A stretch of 64,000 bases of DNA from an uncultured Planctomycetota bacterium (GTDB lineage Bacteria > Planctomycetota > Planctomycetia > Gemmatales > Gemmataceae): positions 864,001 through 928,000 of the forward strand of contig CAWKHF010000002.1 of assembly GCA_963849325.1 (NCBI GenBank), read 5' to 3'. Shown in pieces: positions 9,174-18,473 of the stretch. The notes beneath the pieces are model-generated. The model ran no database searches and had not been told where the DNA came from. It was given only the letters and a program-made list of their open reading frames with translations. The translations under genes were made by a program, and so were the position numbers. Within the stretch, counting starts at the first letter, position 1; the number at the start of each line of letters is the position of its first letter.

Positions 9174-10397
9174 ATGCCTCTGGAGTTGGCCGACGCCATC
9201 GCCCTGCCGGAAGGACCGGAAAAAGAATACCTGTGGACGCTGAATTTCGGCCCGCAGCATCCCGCCACGCACACCACCCTGCGCCTCATCCTGACGCTCG
9301 ACGGCGAAACCATCGTCAAGGCCGTGCCGGACATCGGCTACCTGCACAGCGGCTTCGAGAAGCTCGGCGAACATCTCGACTATAACCAGTACGTCACGAT
9401 TGTCGATCGGATGAATTACATCTCGCCGGTCGCCAACGAGATCGCCTGGTTCGCCTCGGTCGAAAAGCTGATGGGCATCGACCTGACGCCGCGCTGCCAG
9501 TACATCCGCGTCATCTTCAATGAACTGATGCGTATTCACGATCATCTGCTCTGCTGCGGGGCGGCGGCACTGGACCTCGGCGGCTTCACCGCCTTCCTCT
9601 ACGCCTTCAACCAGAAGGAAAAAATCTACGACATCTGCGAGCGCGCCGCCGGCCAACGCTTCCACCCCAGTTACCTGCGCGTCGGCGGTTTGTTGCGCGA
9701 TGTCGATGAGACGTGGATCGAGATGGTGCGAGCGTTCGTCCGCGGCTTCCCGGCGGCGTGGAATGACATTGTACGCCTGCTCAACCGCAATCGCATCTTC
9801 ATCGAGCGCACGCGGAACATCGGCGTGCTGTCGAAGGAGGAAGCGAACAACCTAAGCTGCACCGGCCCCATTGCTCGGGCCAGCGGCATCGTCCGCGATT
9901 TGCGCAAGGACGAGCCGCATCTGGCCTACAAGGATTTCGATTTCCAGGTCGTTTGCGCCCGCGAGGGCGATTGTTATGCGCGTTATCTCGTCCGCATGAA
10001 TGAGATGCTGGAGAGCTGCAAGATCATCCATCAAGCCATCGAGAATTTGCCGTCCGGCCCGGTCAACGTGGACGTCAACAGCAAGGTAGTGATGCCCAAT
10101 CAGCTCTCCGTCTACCGCAGCATCGAAGGGCTGATCCACCACTTCGAGTTGGTCATGACCAATCGGCAATGGCACACGCCGGTGGACGAGGTATACGCGG
10201 CCATCGAATCTCCCAACGGCGAGCTCGGTTATTACGTCGTGGCCGACGGCAGTGGTGTTCCCTACCGGGCGCGTACCCGGCCGCCGTCGTACATCCATTT
10301 CGCCATCTTCCCGTATTTGATCGTCGGCCATCAGGTCAGCGACGTGGTGGCCGTGCTGGGCAGCCTGAACATTATTGCGGCGGAGTTGGATCGATGA
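9174..10397 (+). CDS. nuoD: NADH-quinone oxidoreductase subunit D
   Basis: LNFGPQHPATH, IGYLHSGFEK, DRMNY, ESPNGELG, C-terminal ELDR; GGGAGA before ATG 9174. Confidence 0.97.
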   Translation: MPLELADAIALPEGPEKEYLWTLNFGPQHPATHTTLRLILTLDGETIVKAVPDIGYLHSGFEKLGEHLDYNQYVTIVDRMNYISPVANEIAWFASVEKLMGIDLTPRCQYIRVIFNELMRIHDHLLCCGAAALDLGGFTAFLYAFNQKEKIYDICERAAGQRFHPSYLRVGGLLRDVDETWIEMVRAFVRGFPAAWNDIVRLLNRNRIFIERTRNIGVLSKEEANNLSCTGPIARASGIVRDLRKDEPHLAYKDFDFQVVCAREGDCYARYLVRMNEMLESCKIIHQAIENLPSGPVNVDVNSKVVMPNQLSVYRSIEGLIHHFELVMTNRQWHTPVDEVYAAIESPNGELGYYVVADGSGVPYRARTRPPSYIHFAIFPYLIVGHQVSDVVAVLGSLNIIAAELDR

Positions 10398-10873
10398 GTG
10401 TGTTGACCGAAGAACTACGACAAAAGATTTGCGCCTATCTGCCGCGCTATCCGAGCAAGCAGGCGGTGACGCTGCCTGCCCTGCATCTGGTGCAGGACGA
10501 GATGCGTCACGTCCCGCTGGAGGCAATCCGCGAGATCGCGGACATCCTCGACCTCAGCCCGGCCGAGGTCCATGATACAATGAGTTTTTACGGCTTCTTC
10601 CGCGACAAGGAGCACTCGCTGGGCCGGACGCGCCTGTGGGTCTGTCGCAGTCTGGCTTGTGGCCTGCGCGGAGCCGACGAACTGCTCGATACCGTATGCA
10701 AGAAGCTGAACGTGCATCCGGGTTCGACCAGCGCCGACGGTAAAATCACGGTCGAATTCGCCGAGTGCATTGGCGCCTGCGAAGGCGCTCCGGCCGTACT
10801 CCTCAACGACGAGGCGCGGATGAATGTCACGCCCAACAAGGTCGATGCTCTGCTGGATGAATTGCGTCGCTAA
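10394..10873 (+). CDS. nuoE: NADH-quinone oxidoreductase subunit E
   Basis: CRSLAC...ECIGAC 2Fe-2S ligands; ATGA overlap with nuoD. Confidence 0.95.
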   Translation: MSVLTEELRQKICAYLPRYPSKQAVTLPALHLVQDEMRHVPLEAIREIADILDLSPAEVHDTMSFYGFFRDKEHSLGRTRLWVCRSLACGLRGADELLDTVCKKLNVHPGSTSADGKITVEFAECIGACEGAPAVLLNDEARMNVTPNKVDALLDELRR

Positions 10874-10876
10874 CGG

Positions 10877-10912
10877 AGCCGCTTGCGGTTTCGCGCGAAG
10901 CCGAAAGCGGCT
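10877..10912. repeat. Short REP-like palindrome, copy 1
   Basis: AGCCGCTTGCGGTTTCGCGCGAAGCCGAAAGCGGCT just after the nuoE stop; related copy at 20482. Confidence 0.7.
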
Positions 10913-10939
10913 GAACGATAATAGCAGGACTGTTACATT

Positions 10940-12271
10940 ATGGCCGAATTTGAACCCGTCCTCCTGCGCCGCACTCTGAAGAAGGCGAGTCCGTGGCTGG
11001 ACGCCTACCGCGCCGACGGCGGTTATCGCGCCTTGCAGAAGGCCGTCAACGAAATGACGCCCGCTCAGGTCGTGGACACGGTGAAGGCGTCCGGGTTGCG
11101 CGGCCGTGGCGGTGCCGGTTTTCCGACGGGGTTGAAGTGGACTTTTCTTCCCAAGGACCACCCCGGCCCCATTTATATGTGCATCAACGCCGACGAGAGC
11201 GAGCCGTGTACGTTCAACAACCGCATTCTGATGGAAGAAGACCCGCATCAAGTCCTTGAAGGCATCATCCTGTCCTGTTATGCGACCCGCGCCTCGACAG
11301 CGTATTTGTACTTGCGCTACGAATATGGCCGTAGTTATCGCGTGCTGCAGCAGGCCGTCGACGAGTTGTATAACAATAACCTGCTTGGCCGCAACATTCT
11401 TGGCAAGGACTTCCATCTCGACATTTTTCTGCATCGTGGGGCGGGGGCGTACATCTGCGGCGAAGAGACGGGCCTGATCGAGAGTTTGGAAGGCAAGCGC
11501 GCCTGGCCGCGCATCAAGCCGCCATTCCCGGCCGTCGAAGGCGCCTTTCGCAAACCGACCGTCGTGAACAACATCGAGACGGTGGCGTGCGTGACGCACA
11601 TCATCGACCGCGGCGCGGATTGGTTCAAGTCGATGGGTGTGCCGCCCGATCCCAAAAATCCGCGCGACGCCGGCAGTTACGGCCCCAAACTGTACTGCAT
11701 CAGCGGCCATGTCAACAATCCCGGCTGCGTCGAGTTGCCGATGGGCATCACCGTGCGCGATCTGGTGGACCAACACGGCGGCGGCGTGTGGAAGGGACGC
11801 AAGGCCAAGGGTTGCATCCCCGGCGGCATCAGCATGGGCCTGATGACGGAAGCCGAATTCGATACGCGCCTGGATTTCGCCGGACCTGGCAAAGTGGGCT
11901 GTCTCGGATTGGGCACCGCCGCCGTGACGATCTTCGACGAGGAAACCAGCATCGTTGATGTGCTGCACAACATTTGTCGATTTTTCGCCCATGAGTCGTG
12001 CGGTCAATGTACGCCCTGCCGCGAGGGCACCGGCTGGATGCTGAAAATCACCGAACGGCTTCGGAGCGGCCAGGGACGGCTGGAGGATTTGAAGATCCTC
12101 GAAGAAGTCGGCGACAACATCGGCATCATGCCCGGCACGACCATCTGTGGTCTCGCCGATGGCGCCGGCTGGCCGGTCAAGAATGCCATCCGCAAATTCC
12201 GCCCGGAGTTCGAGCAATACATCCGGGGGGCACAGAAGAGTCGTCTGCCGGAGTTGCTCGGTTCTCATTAA
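10940..12271 (+). CDS. nuoF: NADH-quinone oxidoreductase subunit F
   Basis: GLRGRGGAGFPTG, NADESEP, GAGAYICGEETGL, ESCGQCTPCREG...TIC. Confidence 0.98.
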   Translation: MAEFEPVLLRRTLKKASPWLDAYRADGGYRALQKAVNEMTPAQVVDTVKASGLRGRGGAGFPTGLKWTFLPKDHPGPIYMCINADESEPCTFNNRILMEEDPHQVLEGIILSCYATRASTAYLYLRYEYGRSYRVLQQAVDELYNNNLLGRNILGKDFHLDIFLHRGAGAYICGEETGLIESLEGKRAWPRIKPPFPAVEGAFRKPTVVNNIETVACVTHIIDRGADWFKSMGVPPDPKNPRDAGSYGPKLYCISGHVNNPGCVELPMGITVRDLVDQHGGGVWKGRKAKGCIPGGISMGLMTEAEFDTRLDFAGPGKVGCLGLGTAAVTIFDEETSIVDVLHNICRFFAHESCGQCTPCREGTGWMLKITERLRSGQGRLEDLKILEEVGDNIGIMPGTTICGLADGAGWPVKNAIRKFRPEFEQYIRGAQKSRLPELLGSH

Positions 12272-12303
12272 CCGCGGCGGCGATGCCGCGAAGGAGTTCG
12301 CTC

Positions 12304-12757
12304 ATGAAGTTCGCCTTGTTGGTCCGAATCGCGATGGTGTCTGTCGCTTTGTTCGCCGCATTCGTCACAGGCTGTGGCAAAGGGAAGAAACCGAATGACT
12401 CGAAAGAATCGAAGGAAATGGCGGCGAGACAGCAACAGATTGGCGATTTGAAACAGCTTGGGCTGATGTATCACAATTACCTGAGCGTCAACAAAGACCA
12501 GCCTCCCACCAGCGCGGACGATTTTATAAGGTTTGCGGGGAATAACGCTCAGTTGGTCCAGGTGGTTCAGAAAGTGAAGTCCGGCCAGTACGTCCTCATC
12601 TGGAGATTGAACACCAAGCAGTTGTCCGGGTCGTCAATCGTGGGTTACGAGAAGGACGTTCCCGACGTCAGGTGGCATCGTGATGATGGGAGATGTTTCG
12701 GCCCGGTACATGACGGCTGCGGAATTTCAATCGGCTCCCAAGGCGAACGGCAAATGA
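12304..12757 (+). CDS. Lipoprotein of unknown function (DUF1559-like helix motif); probable +1 indel near 12661
   Basis: AAGGAG RBS; lipobox VTGC; DLKQLGLMYHNY; after a frame change continues VPTSGGIVMMGDVSARYMTAAEFQSAPKANGK* (TGA 12755-12757). Confidence 0.75.
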
Positions 12758-12798
12758 TTGGAGGGAAGGGCGTGACCCTTCTGATACGGAGGCATCCC

Positions 12799-13299
12799 AT
12801 GAATCGATCCCATGCCTGTCGAATCGCGGTGGTGGTGTTGTCCGTGCTGACGTTGTCCCTGACGTCGGCCGGGTGCCTGAAGAAGAAAAAGGCGGCGGAA
12901 GCGGAGCCGACCGGCAACCCGCTCCAGCCCGTCGCCGGCGGCGCTCCCGCGCAGGGAGTCGTCCGGCGTGGCGCCCAGATCCAGGTGAACAAACAAGTGT
13001 TCCGGGACATCGGGCAGTACTACGCGCTGTATCGCAACGAAAACGGCCGACCGCCCCAGAACATGGCAGAGTTCCTGGCCTACCTGAAGAGCGACCCGAA
13101 TGCCCGCACCAGGCTGCCGCCGGTACTGGAGAGTGGCTCGGTGGTTATGATTTTTAATCCTCCCCCTTCTTCCAATCAAGTTCTCGCCTATGAGAAGGAA
13201 ATGTTCCAGCTTCATCAGAACCGCGTGGTACTCATGGGCGATGGCTCCGTGCGGACAATGGTAGAGCCGGAGTTCCGGGCGGCGCTGAAGGCCCAGTAA
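12799..13299 (+). CDS. Lipoprotein of unknown function, paralogous to the upstream gene
   Basis: GGAGG RBS; lipobox SAGC; FRDIGQYY...GRPP...VLAYEKE...VLMGDGSVRTM...EF. Confidence 0.8.
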   Translation: MNRSHACRIAVVVLSVLTLSLTSAGCLKKKKAAEAEPTGNPLQPVAGGAPAQGVVRRGAQIQVNKQVFRDIGQYYALYRNENGRPPQNMAEFLAYLKSDPNARTRLPPVLESGSVVMIFNPPPSSNQVLAYEKEMFQLHQNRVVLMGDGSVRTMVEPEFRAALKAQ

Positions 13300-13323
13300 T
13301 ACGCAGGCCGGTAAAGGAGACTC

Positions 13324-14982
13324 ATGGCCACCGTCTACGTCAACGGCAAGCCGATCGATATCGGCAACGAGAAATTGAACCTCATTCAAGCGGCGCAGAA
13401 GGCCGGTGTGCTCATTCCGCATTACTGCTGGCACCCTGCCCTCACCGTCGTCGCCAGCTGCCGTATGTGTTTGGTCGAGGTCGGCGAACGCAAGCCGGAC
13501 GGCACCGTCGCCATGCAGCCCAAAGTCGTGCCCGGCTGTCAGACGCCGGCCAAGGACGGCACCGTCATCAACACCAACACCAACAAGGCCAAGTTCGCCC
13601 AGGAACAGACGCTCGAAGATATTTTGCTCAATCATCCGCTCGACTGTCCCGTCTGCGACAAGGCCGGCGAGTGTTTGCTGCAAGACTATACCTACAACTT
13701 CGGCCGGGCCACGAGCCGGATGATCGACGAGAAAAATACGCCGCCGAACAAGCCGTACATCGGCGACAACGTGACGCTGTTCACGGATCGCTGCATTATG
13801 TGCTCGCGCTGTGTGCGCTTCACGCGCGAGGTCTCCGGCACGGCGGAATTGCAGGTCATCAATCGCGGACATCATTCCGAGATCGACATTTTCCCCGGCG
13901 AGCCGCTCAACAACAAGCTCGCCACCAACGTGGTCGATCTGTGTCCCGTTGGTGCATTGTGCAGCAAGGATTTTCTCTACAAACATCGGGTCTGGAACCT
14001 GAAATCGAAACGGAGCGTCTGCGCCGACTGCTCGACGGGTTGCAGCATCTGGCTGGACGGCAACAAAAACATCGTCTATCGTCTGCGACCGCGCTTTAAC
14101 CCGCAGGCGCAGGGCCATTTCATGTGCGACGACGGCCGGCTCGGTTATCCCTACGTCAATTCCATCGAGCGCTTCCTGCGGCCGATGACGCGACGAGACG
14201 GCAAACTGACGCCGGTGGCGTGGACGGATGCCGTCTCCGCCGTCCGCAGGGCGTTCCGCAGTGCGGCCGAGAAGGACGCGGCCGGCGTCGTGGGTGTGTT
14301 GTCGCCGTTCTTGACGTGTGAGGAAGCGTATCTGCTGGCCAAGTTCCTCAAGGGATTATCGGGACAGGCGCGGCTGGCCCTGGGTCCGGTCCCAGTCGTC
14401 GGCGAGGATGATACGTATCCGAAGGACCGTCGCGGTCGGCCGATCCAGCCGGTGAAGTTCACCATCCGAGCCGAGAAGTGTCCCAATCGCCGTGGCGTCG
14501 AGGAGATATTGCGACACTTCCAGGGCGAAATCATTCCGTTCGACGAGGTGGTGCGCGGAGCGAGCGAGGGCCGCGTCCAGGCATTGTACGTGGCGGCCAG
14601 CTATGCGCCGCGGCCGGACGGTTGGGTCAGCGAGACACAGGCGCAGGCGCTGCAGCGCGTGCCGCTGATCGTGTGCCAGGATCTGCTGCCTTCGCCGGTC
14701 AGCAACTTCGCCCATTACGTCCTTCCCGGCGCTGCCTGGGCCGAGAAGGACGGCACCTTCATCAATCACGCCGGCTTGGCCCAGGCCATCCACTGGGGCG
14801 TCACGCCGACCGGCGAGTGTCGCACCGACGGACAGGTGTTTCTCGATTTGCTGGAGCGTCGTGGCCTCGTCCACGTGCCGACGCTGCGGAAGGAGATGGC
14901 CGCCGAGGTGTCTGCTTTTGCTCCTCTGGCCGGGGGAGACCTCGGCGAATATGGCATTCCTCTGGACGGGACGAACGGCTGA
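13324..14982 (+). CDS. nuoG: NADH-quinone oxidoreductase subunit G (short form, 552 aa)
   Basis: PHYCWHP..SCRMC (N1b), HPLDCPVCDKAGEC (N5), CIMCSRC..DLCPVG (N4), CADCSTGC..MCDDG (N7). Confidence 0.95.
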   Translation: MATVYVNGKPIDIGNEKLNLIQAAQKAGVLIPHYCWHPALTVVASCRMCLVEVGERKPDGTVAMQPKVVPGCQTPAKDGTVINTNTNKAKFAQEQTLEDILLNHPLDCPVCDKAGECLLQDYTYNFGRATSRMIDEKNTPPNKPYIGDNVTLFTDRCIMCSRCVRFTREVSGTAELQVINRGHHSEIDIFPGEPLNNKLATNVVDLCPVGALCSKDFLYKHRVWNLKSKRSVCADCSTGCSIWLDGNKNIVYRLRPRFNPQAQGHFMCDDGRLGYPYVNSIERFLRPMTRRDGKLTPVAWTDAVSAVRRAFRSAAEKDAAGVVGVLSPFLTCEEAYLLAKFLKGLSGQARLALGPVPVVGEDDTYPKDRRGRPIQPVKFTIRAEKCPNRRGVEEILRHFQGEIIPFDEVVRGASEGRVQALYVAASYAPRPDGWVSETQAQALQRVPLIVCQDLLPSPVSNFAHYVLPGAAWAEKDGTFINHAGLAQAIHWGVTPTGECRTDGQVFLDLLERRGLVHVPTLRKEMAAEVSAFAPLAGGDLGEYGIPLDGTNG

Positions 14983-15000
14983 GACGGGGGCGATTCTCAC

Positions 15001-16323
15001 ATGGAATTCGGTTTCGGTTTTTGGCTGACACTCATCCTCATCGCGGCCGTCATGGGCGCGCTTCAGGGGACGTGTGCCTATCTCATCCTCGCCGAGCGCA
15101 AAATCTCCGCGTGGGCGCAGGACCGGCTCGGCCCCAATCGCGTCGGCCCGTGGGGTCTCTTGCAGCCAATCGCCGACGGCATCAAGTTTTTGCTCAAGGA
15201 AGAGATCATCCCCAGTCACGTGGATCGAATATTCTACATGGTGGGCCCCGCCATCGCGGTCAGCACGGCGCTGCTGGCCTTCGCCGTAGTGCCCTTCGGC
15301 CCGACCACGCCGCCGCCTTCCCTGCTGGACTACCGCGCCGATCCGCCGCAGCGCATTTGGTCGCAGACACGCGAGGAAATGAACGCCGTTCTCGCCGCCG
15401 ACCGCGAACACGCTCGGCAGACGAACGGCAAGCCCTATGAGGATAAGCTGAAAGAATACAACGACACGATCCAGTTCGTCATCGCACCGCACGTCGATAT
15501 CGGCATCGTCTTCAACTTCGCCATTGGCAGCCTGGCCGTTTACGGCATCGTCCTGGGCGGTTGGTCCTCCAACAACAAATACAGCATGCTCGGCGCGCTG
15601 CGCTCCAGCGCCCAACTCATCAGCTATGAGATCCCGCTGGGCATGTCCGTGCTTGGCGTCATGTTGGTGACGGGATCGCTCAACCTGGAAAAGATCATTG
15701 ACTATCAGGTCCATCATGGCTGGAACATTCTCTTTCAGCCGCTGGCCGCTTTGCTGTTCGTGACCAGTGTGTTCGCCGAGTGCAATCGCTTGCCGTTCGA
15801 TTTGCCGGAGGCGGAGCAAGAACTCGTCGGCGGCTATCATACCGAGTACAGCGCGATGAAATTCGCGCTGTTCTTCCTCGGCGAATATACCCACATGATT
15901 ACGACGAGCTTTCTCGTCGTGATCTTGTTCTTCGGCGGCTGGGAGTTGCCCGGCGTCGATCGCATGGCCGGTGTCGGCGGCATCGTCCTCAAGTTGATCA
16001 TTATCGCCGTCAAGATGTCGCTGTTCATTGTCTTCTACATGCTCATCCGCTGGACGCTGCCGCGTTTTCGCTTCGATCAGCTGATGGGGCTGACGTGGAA
16101 AGTGCTGCTGCCGTTGGCCCTGGTCAACGTGGTGTGTGTAATTGTGGTCAAGCAGCTCAATCAGAGTGAGTGGTGGCTGTTGCCGTTGTCGATCGGGATG
16201 CTGGTCGTCATCGCGGGAATGACGCTGTACGTGCCGCGGCAGCGTTCGCGCGCTCCGCTGTTTTTCCCCGGTCACGTATCCGGGGCGCCGGCCGTAACGC
16301 GCGATCGATCCGTCCTGGACTGA
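15001..16323 (+). CDS. nuoH: NADH-quinone oxidoreductase subunit H
   Basis: ERKISAWAQDRLGPNRVGPWGLLQPIADGIK, NRLPFDLPEAEQELVGGYHTEYS, PRFRFDQLM. Confidence 0.97.
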   Translation: MEFGFGFWLTLILIAAVMGALQGTCAYLILAERKISAWAQDRLGPNRVGPWGLLQPIADGIKFLLKEEIIPSHVDRIFYMVGPAIAVSTALLAFAVVPFGPTTPPPSLLDYRADPPQRIWSQTREEMNAVLAADREHARQTNGKPYEDKLKEYNDTIQFVIAPHVDIGIVFNFAIGSLAVYGIVLGGWSSNNKYSMLGALRSSAQLISYEIPLGMSVLGVMLVTGSLNLEKIIDYQVHHGWNILFQPLAALLFVTSVFAECNRLPFDLPEAEQELVGGYHTEYSAMKFALFFLGEYTHMITTSFLVVILFFGGWELPGVDRMAGVGGIVLKLIIIAVKMSLFIVFYMLIRWTLPRFRFDQLMGLTWKVLLPLALVNVVCVIVVKQLNQSEWWLLPLSIGMLVVIAGMTLYVPRQRSRAPLFFPGHVSGAPAVTRDRSVLD

Positions 16324-16341
16324 GCAGAGAGGAGAGATGTC

Positions 16342-16944
16342 ATGCCCATCGCCGAAAGCGATGTGAAATGGGTGCAGGCGCCAAAGGTCGGCCTGTTGGA
16401 ACAACTTTACGTGCCGGCCATCTTTCAGGGCTTGCAGACGACGGTTCGGCACGCGACGAAGACGCTTTTCGCCGGCGGAGCCATCACGCAGCAGTATCCC
16501 GAGGTCGAGCCGAAACTGCCGCCCAACTATCGCGGCGTCCACCGACTCAACCGCGACGAGCAGGGCCGCGTCAAGTGCGTCGCCTGCTATATGTGCTCGA
16601 CGGCCTGTCCCGCTCACTGCATCGACATCGTCGCCGCGCCGTCGCCCTGGGCAGACCGCGAGAAATATCCCGAAACATTCGTCATCGACGAGCTGCGCTG
16701 CATCTACTGCGGCATGTGCGAGCAGGCGTGTCCGGTCGATGCCATCGAGTTGACAACGCTGTACGACCTGACCGGCATGACGCGCGAAGAGATGATGTTC
16801 GACAAGGAAAAACTGCTGGGCGTCTTCGATCAGACGGTGAAGGCGGGCACGGACCCGATCCGCACCCGGGCCGGACGGCTCGGCGTCGCCTCGGAGTTGC
16901 CCGCGGATACCGGACTGACATCGTCGTCGAGTGCGCAGAGTTAA
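16342..16944 (+). CDS. nuoI: NADH-quinone oxidoreductase subunit I
   Basis: CVACYMCSTACP and CIYCGMCEQACP. Confidence 0.97.
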   Translation: MPIAESDVKWVQAPKVGLLEQLYVPAIFQGLQTTVRHATKTLFAGGAITQQYPEVEPKLPPNYRGVHRLNRDEQGRVKCVACYMCSTACPAHCIDIVAAPSPWADREKYPETFVIDELRCIYCGMCEQACPVDAIELTTLYDLTGMTREEMMFDKEKLLGVFDQTVKAGTDPIRTRAGRLGVASELPADTGLTSSSSAQS

Positions 16945-16950
16945 TACACA

Positions 16951-18030
16951 ATGAATATGCCGCATTGTCTGCTGAGTGCCGCACCGCTGTCTGCCGCCGA
17001 ATGGTGGCCGATCGTCCTGCCGCTGCTCGCCGGGGGCGCCGCCATCTTTCTGTTGCTGCCGCGGCCGCGAGCGTATCCGGTCGTATGGGGTGCGGCCCTC
17101 GGTCTGCTGGCGCTGGTGCTGGGCGGCGTCCTGCTGACGCGATCCAGTACGGTCACGCCGGAGACGATCCTGTTCTGGGCATTCTCGGCCGTCGGCATCG
17201 CCTCGGGCGGTCTGCTGGTGACGCAGCATAATCCGGCTCGCGCCGCCCTGTCGTTCGCGCTGGTCGTGCTCAGCACTTGCGGTCTGTTCCTGCTGCTGGC
17301 GGCGCCGTTCCTCATGGCCGCCACGATCATCATCTACGCCGGCGCCATCATCGTCACGTTTCTGTTCGTCATCATGCTCGCTCAGCAGGTCGGCCTGTCC
17401 GACGCCGACGACCGCTCGCGCGAGCCGCTGCTGGCGTCCGTCACCGGCTTCGTCCTGCTCGGCACGCTGTTGTTCGTGTTGCAACGCTACGATGTCCGCA
17501 TTCAGGAAGGGATGCACGACATCGACGAAGTGACCGGCAAGGCGAAGCAGTTGGCGGAATTGAATTCCAAGGACGCGCATTCTCGAAGGCGTGGGCAAGC
17601 CGGGTACGGAGGACGACCTGTTCCTGAAAGCCAAACGCCTCTACCGCGCCCATCACTGGGAGGATCTGGCCGGGCAGGTGGACAACATCGAGGTGGCGTG
17701 GTCCAACATCGAACTCAAGGAGTCGAACACGGGCGAGTGGAAAGCTCGTCTGCTCGACCTGGCCGCCGTCGGCGAGGACGCTCGGCATCGTCTGGGCTGG
17801 CTGCCGCGGCCGGCAAGGCGCCGTTGTCCAACCTGAGCGGCGCCCCGCCGACGGTGCAGGCCGAACACGTCCGCCGCGATCAGGCCGACCTGCCGCGAAT
17901 GCCCGCCGAGAACTCGGCGTACCTGGGCCGAGCGCTGTTCACCGATTTCCTGCTCCCCGTCGAGCTGGGCGGCAGTCTATTGCTGGTGGCTACTGTCGGC
18001 GCCATCGCCATCGCGTTCCGCCGCTCGTGA
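16951..18030 (+). CDS. nuoJ: NADH-quinone oxidoreductase subunit J with a long soluble insertion (compensating indels near 17577 and 17805)
   Basis: NPARAALSF, IIIYAGAIIVTFLFVIML, C-terminal LGRALFTDFLLPVELGGSLLLVATVGAI; the middle reads sensibly only in the alternate frame (GKPGTEDDLFLKAKRLY...). Confidence 0.9.
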   Translation: MNMPHCLLSAAPLSAAEWWPIVLPLLAGGAAIFLLLPRPRAYPVVWGAALGLLALVLGGVLLTRSSTVTPETILFWAFSAVGIASGGLLVTQHNPARAALSFALVVLSTCGLFLLLAAPFLMAATIIIYAGAIIVTFLFVIMLAQQVGLSDADDRSREPLLASVTGFVLLGTLLFVLQRYDVRIQEGMHDIDEVTGKAKQLAELNSKDAHSRRRGQAGYGGRPVPESQTPLPRPSLGGSGRAGGQHRGGVVQHRTQGVEHGRVESSSARPGRRRRGRSASSGLAAAAGKAPLSNLSGAPPTVQAEHVRRDQADLPRMPAENSAYLGRALFTDFLLPVELGGSLLLVATVGAIAIAFRRS

Positions 18031-18043
18031 AGGTGAGGAGTCC

Positions 18044-18473
18044 ATGACCGCGTTGCCGCTGCACCACTACCTGATCGTCGGCGCCATCCTGTTCGCTCTG
18101 GGACTGGTCGGCTTTCTGGCGCGCCGCAATCTCATCGTCATGTTTTTATGCGCGGAGATGATGTTGCAAGGCGTGGCTGTCAACCTGGTGGCCTTCGCGC
18201 GTTACCGCGGCAACCTGCAAGGGCAGGTGTTCACGCTGTTCATCCTGACGGTGGCGGCGTGCGAGGCGGCCATCGCGCTGGCGCTGATCCTCATGCTGTT
18301 CCGTCGTCGCGACTCGCTCGACGTCGAGTTTGTGGCAGGAGCTGCGCGAGCCGGGCGAAGAGCGGACGGAGGATGACGAGCCGCTGCCGCCCGCTCGGCG
18401 CGAGCCGCCGATGCCGCACCTGACGCCCTCCGGCGTGGAACCCGAACATCGTCCCGAGGAGAGCCATGTCTGA
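18044..18473 (+). CDS. nuoK: NADH-quinone oxidoreductase subunit K (probable +1 indel near 18326)
   Basis: RRNLIVMFLCAEMML, GQVFTLFILTVAACEAAIAL; corrected tail SLWQELREPGE...PEESHV* overlaps the nuoL start. Confidence 0.92.

Noticed and set aside
11998-13299. 433-aa ORF spanning the nuoF end and both lipoproteins
   Set aside because: It contains two separate RBS + lipoprotein signal starts, and the join depends on an indel near 12661
14356-17634. 1092-aa minus-strand ORF and similar long antisense ORFs (10415-12268, 18493-20676, 27211-29064, 40826-42823, 56715-58703)
   Set aside because: Shadow frames of well-supported genes in high-GC DNA; no recognisable motifs
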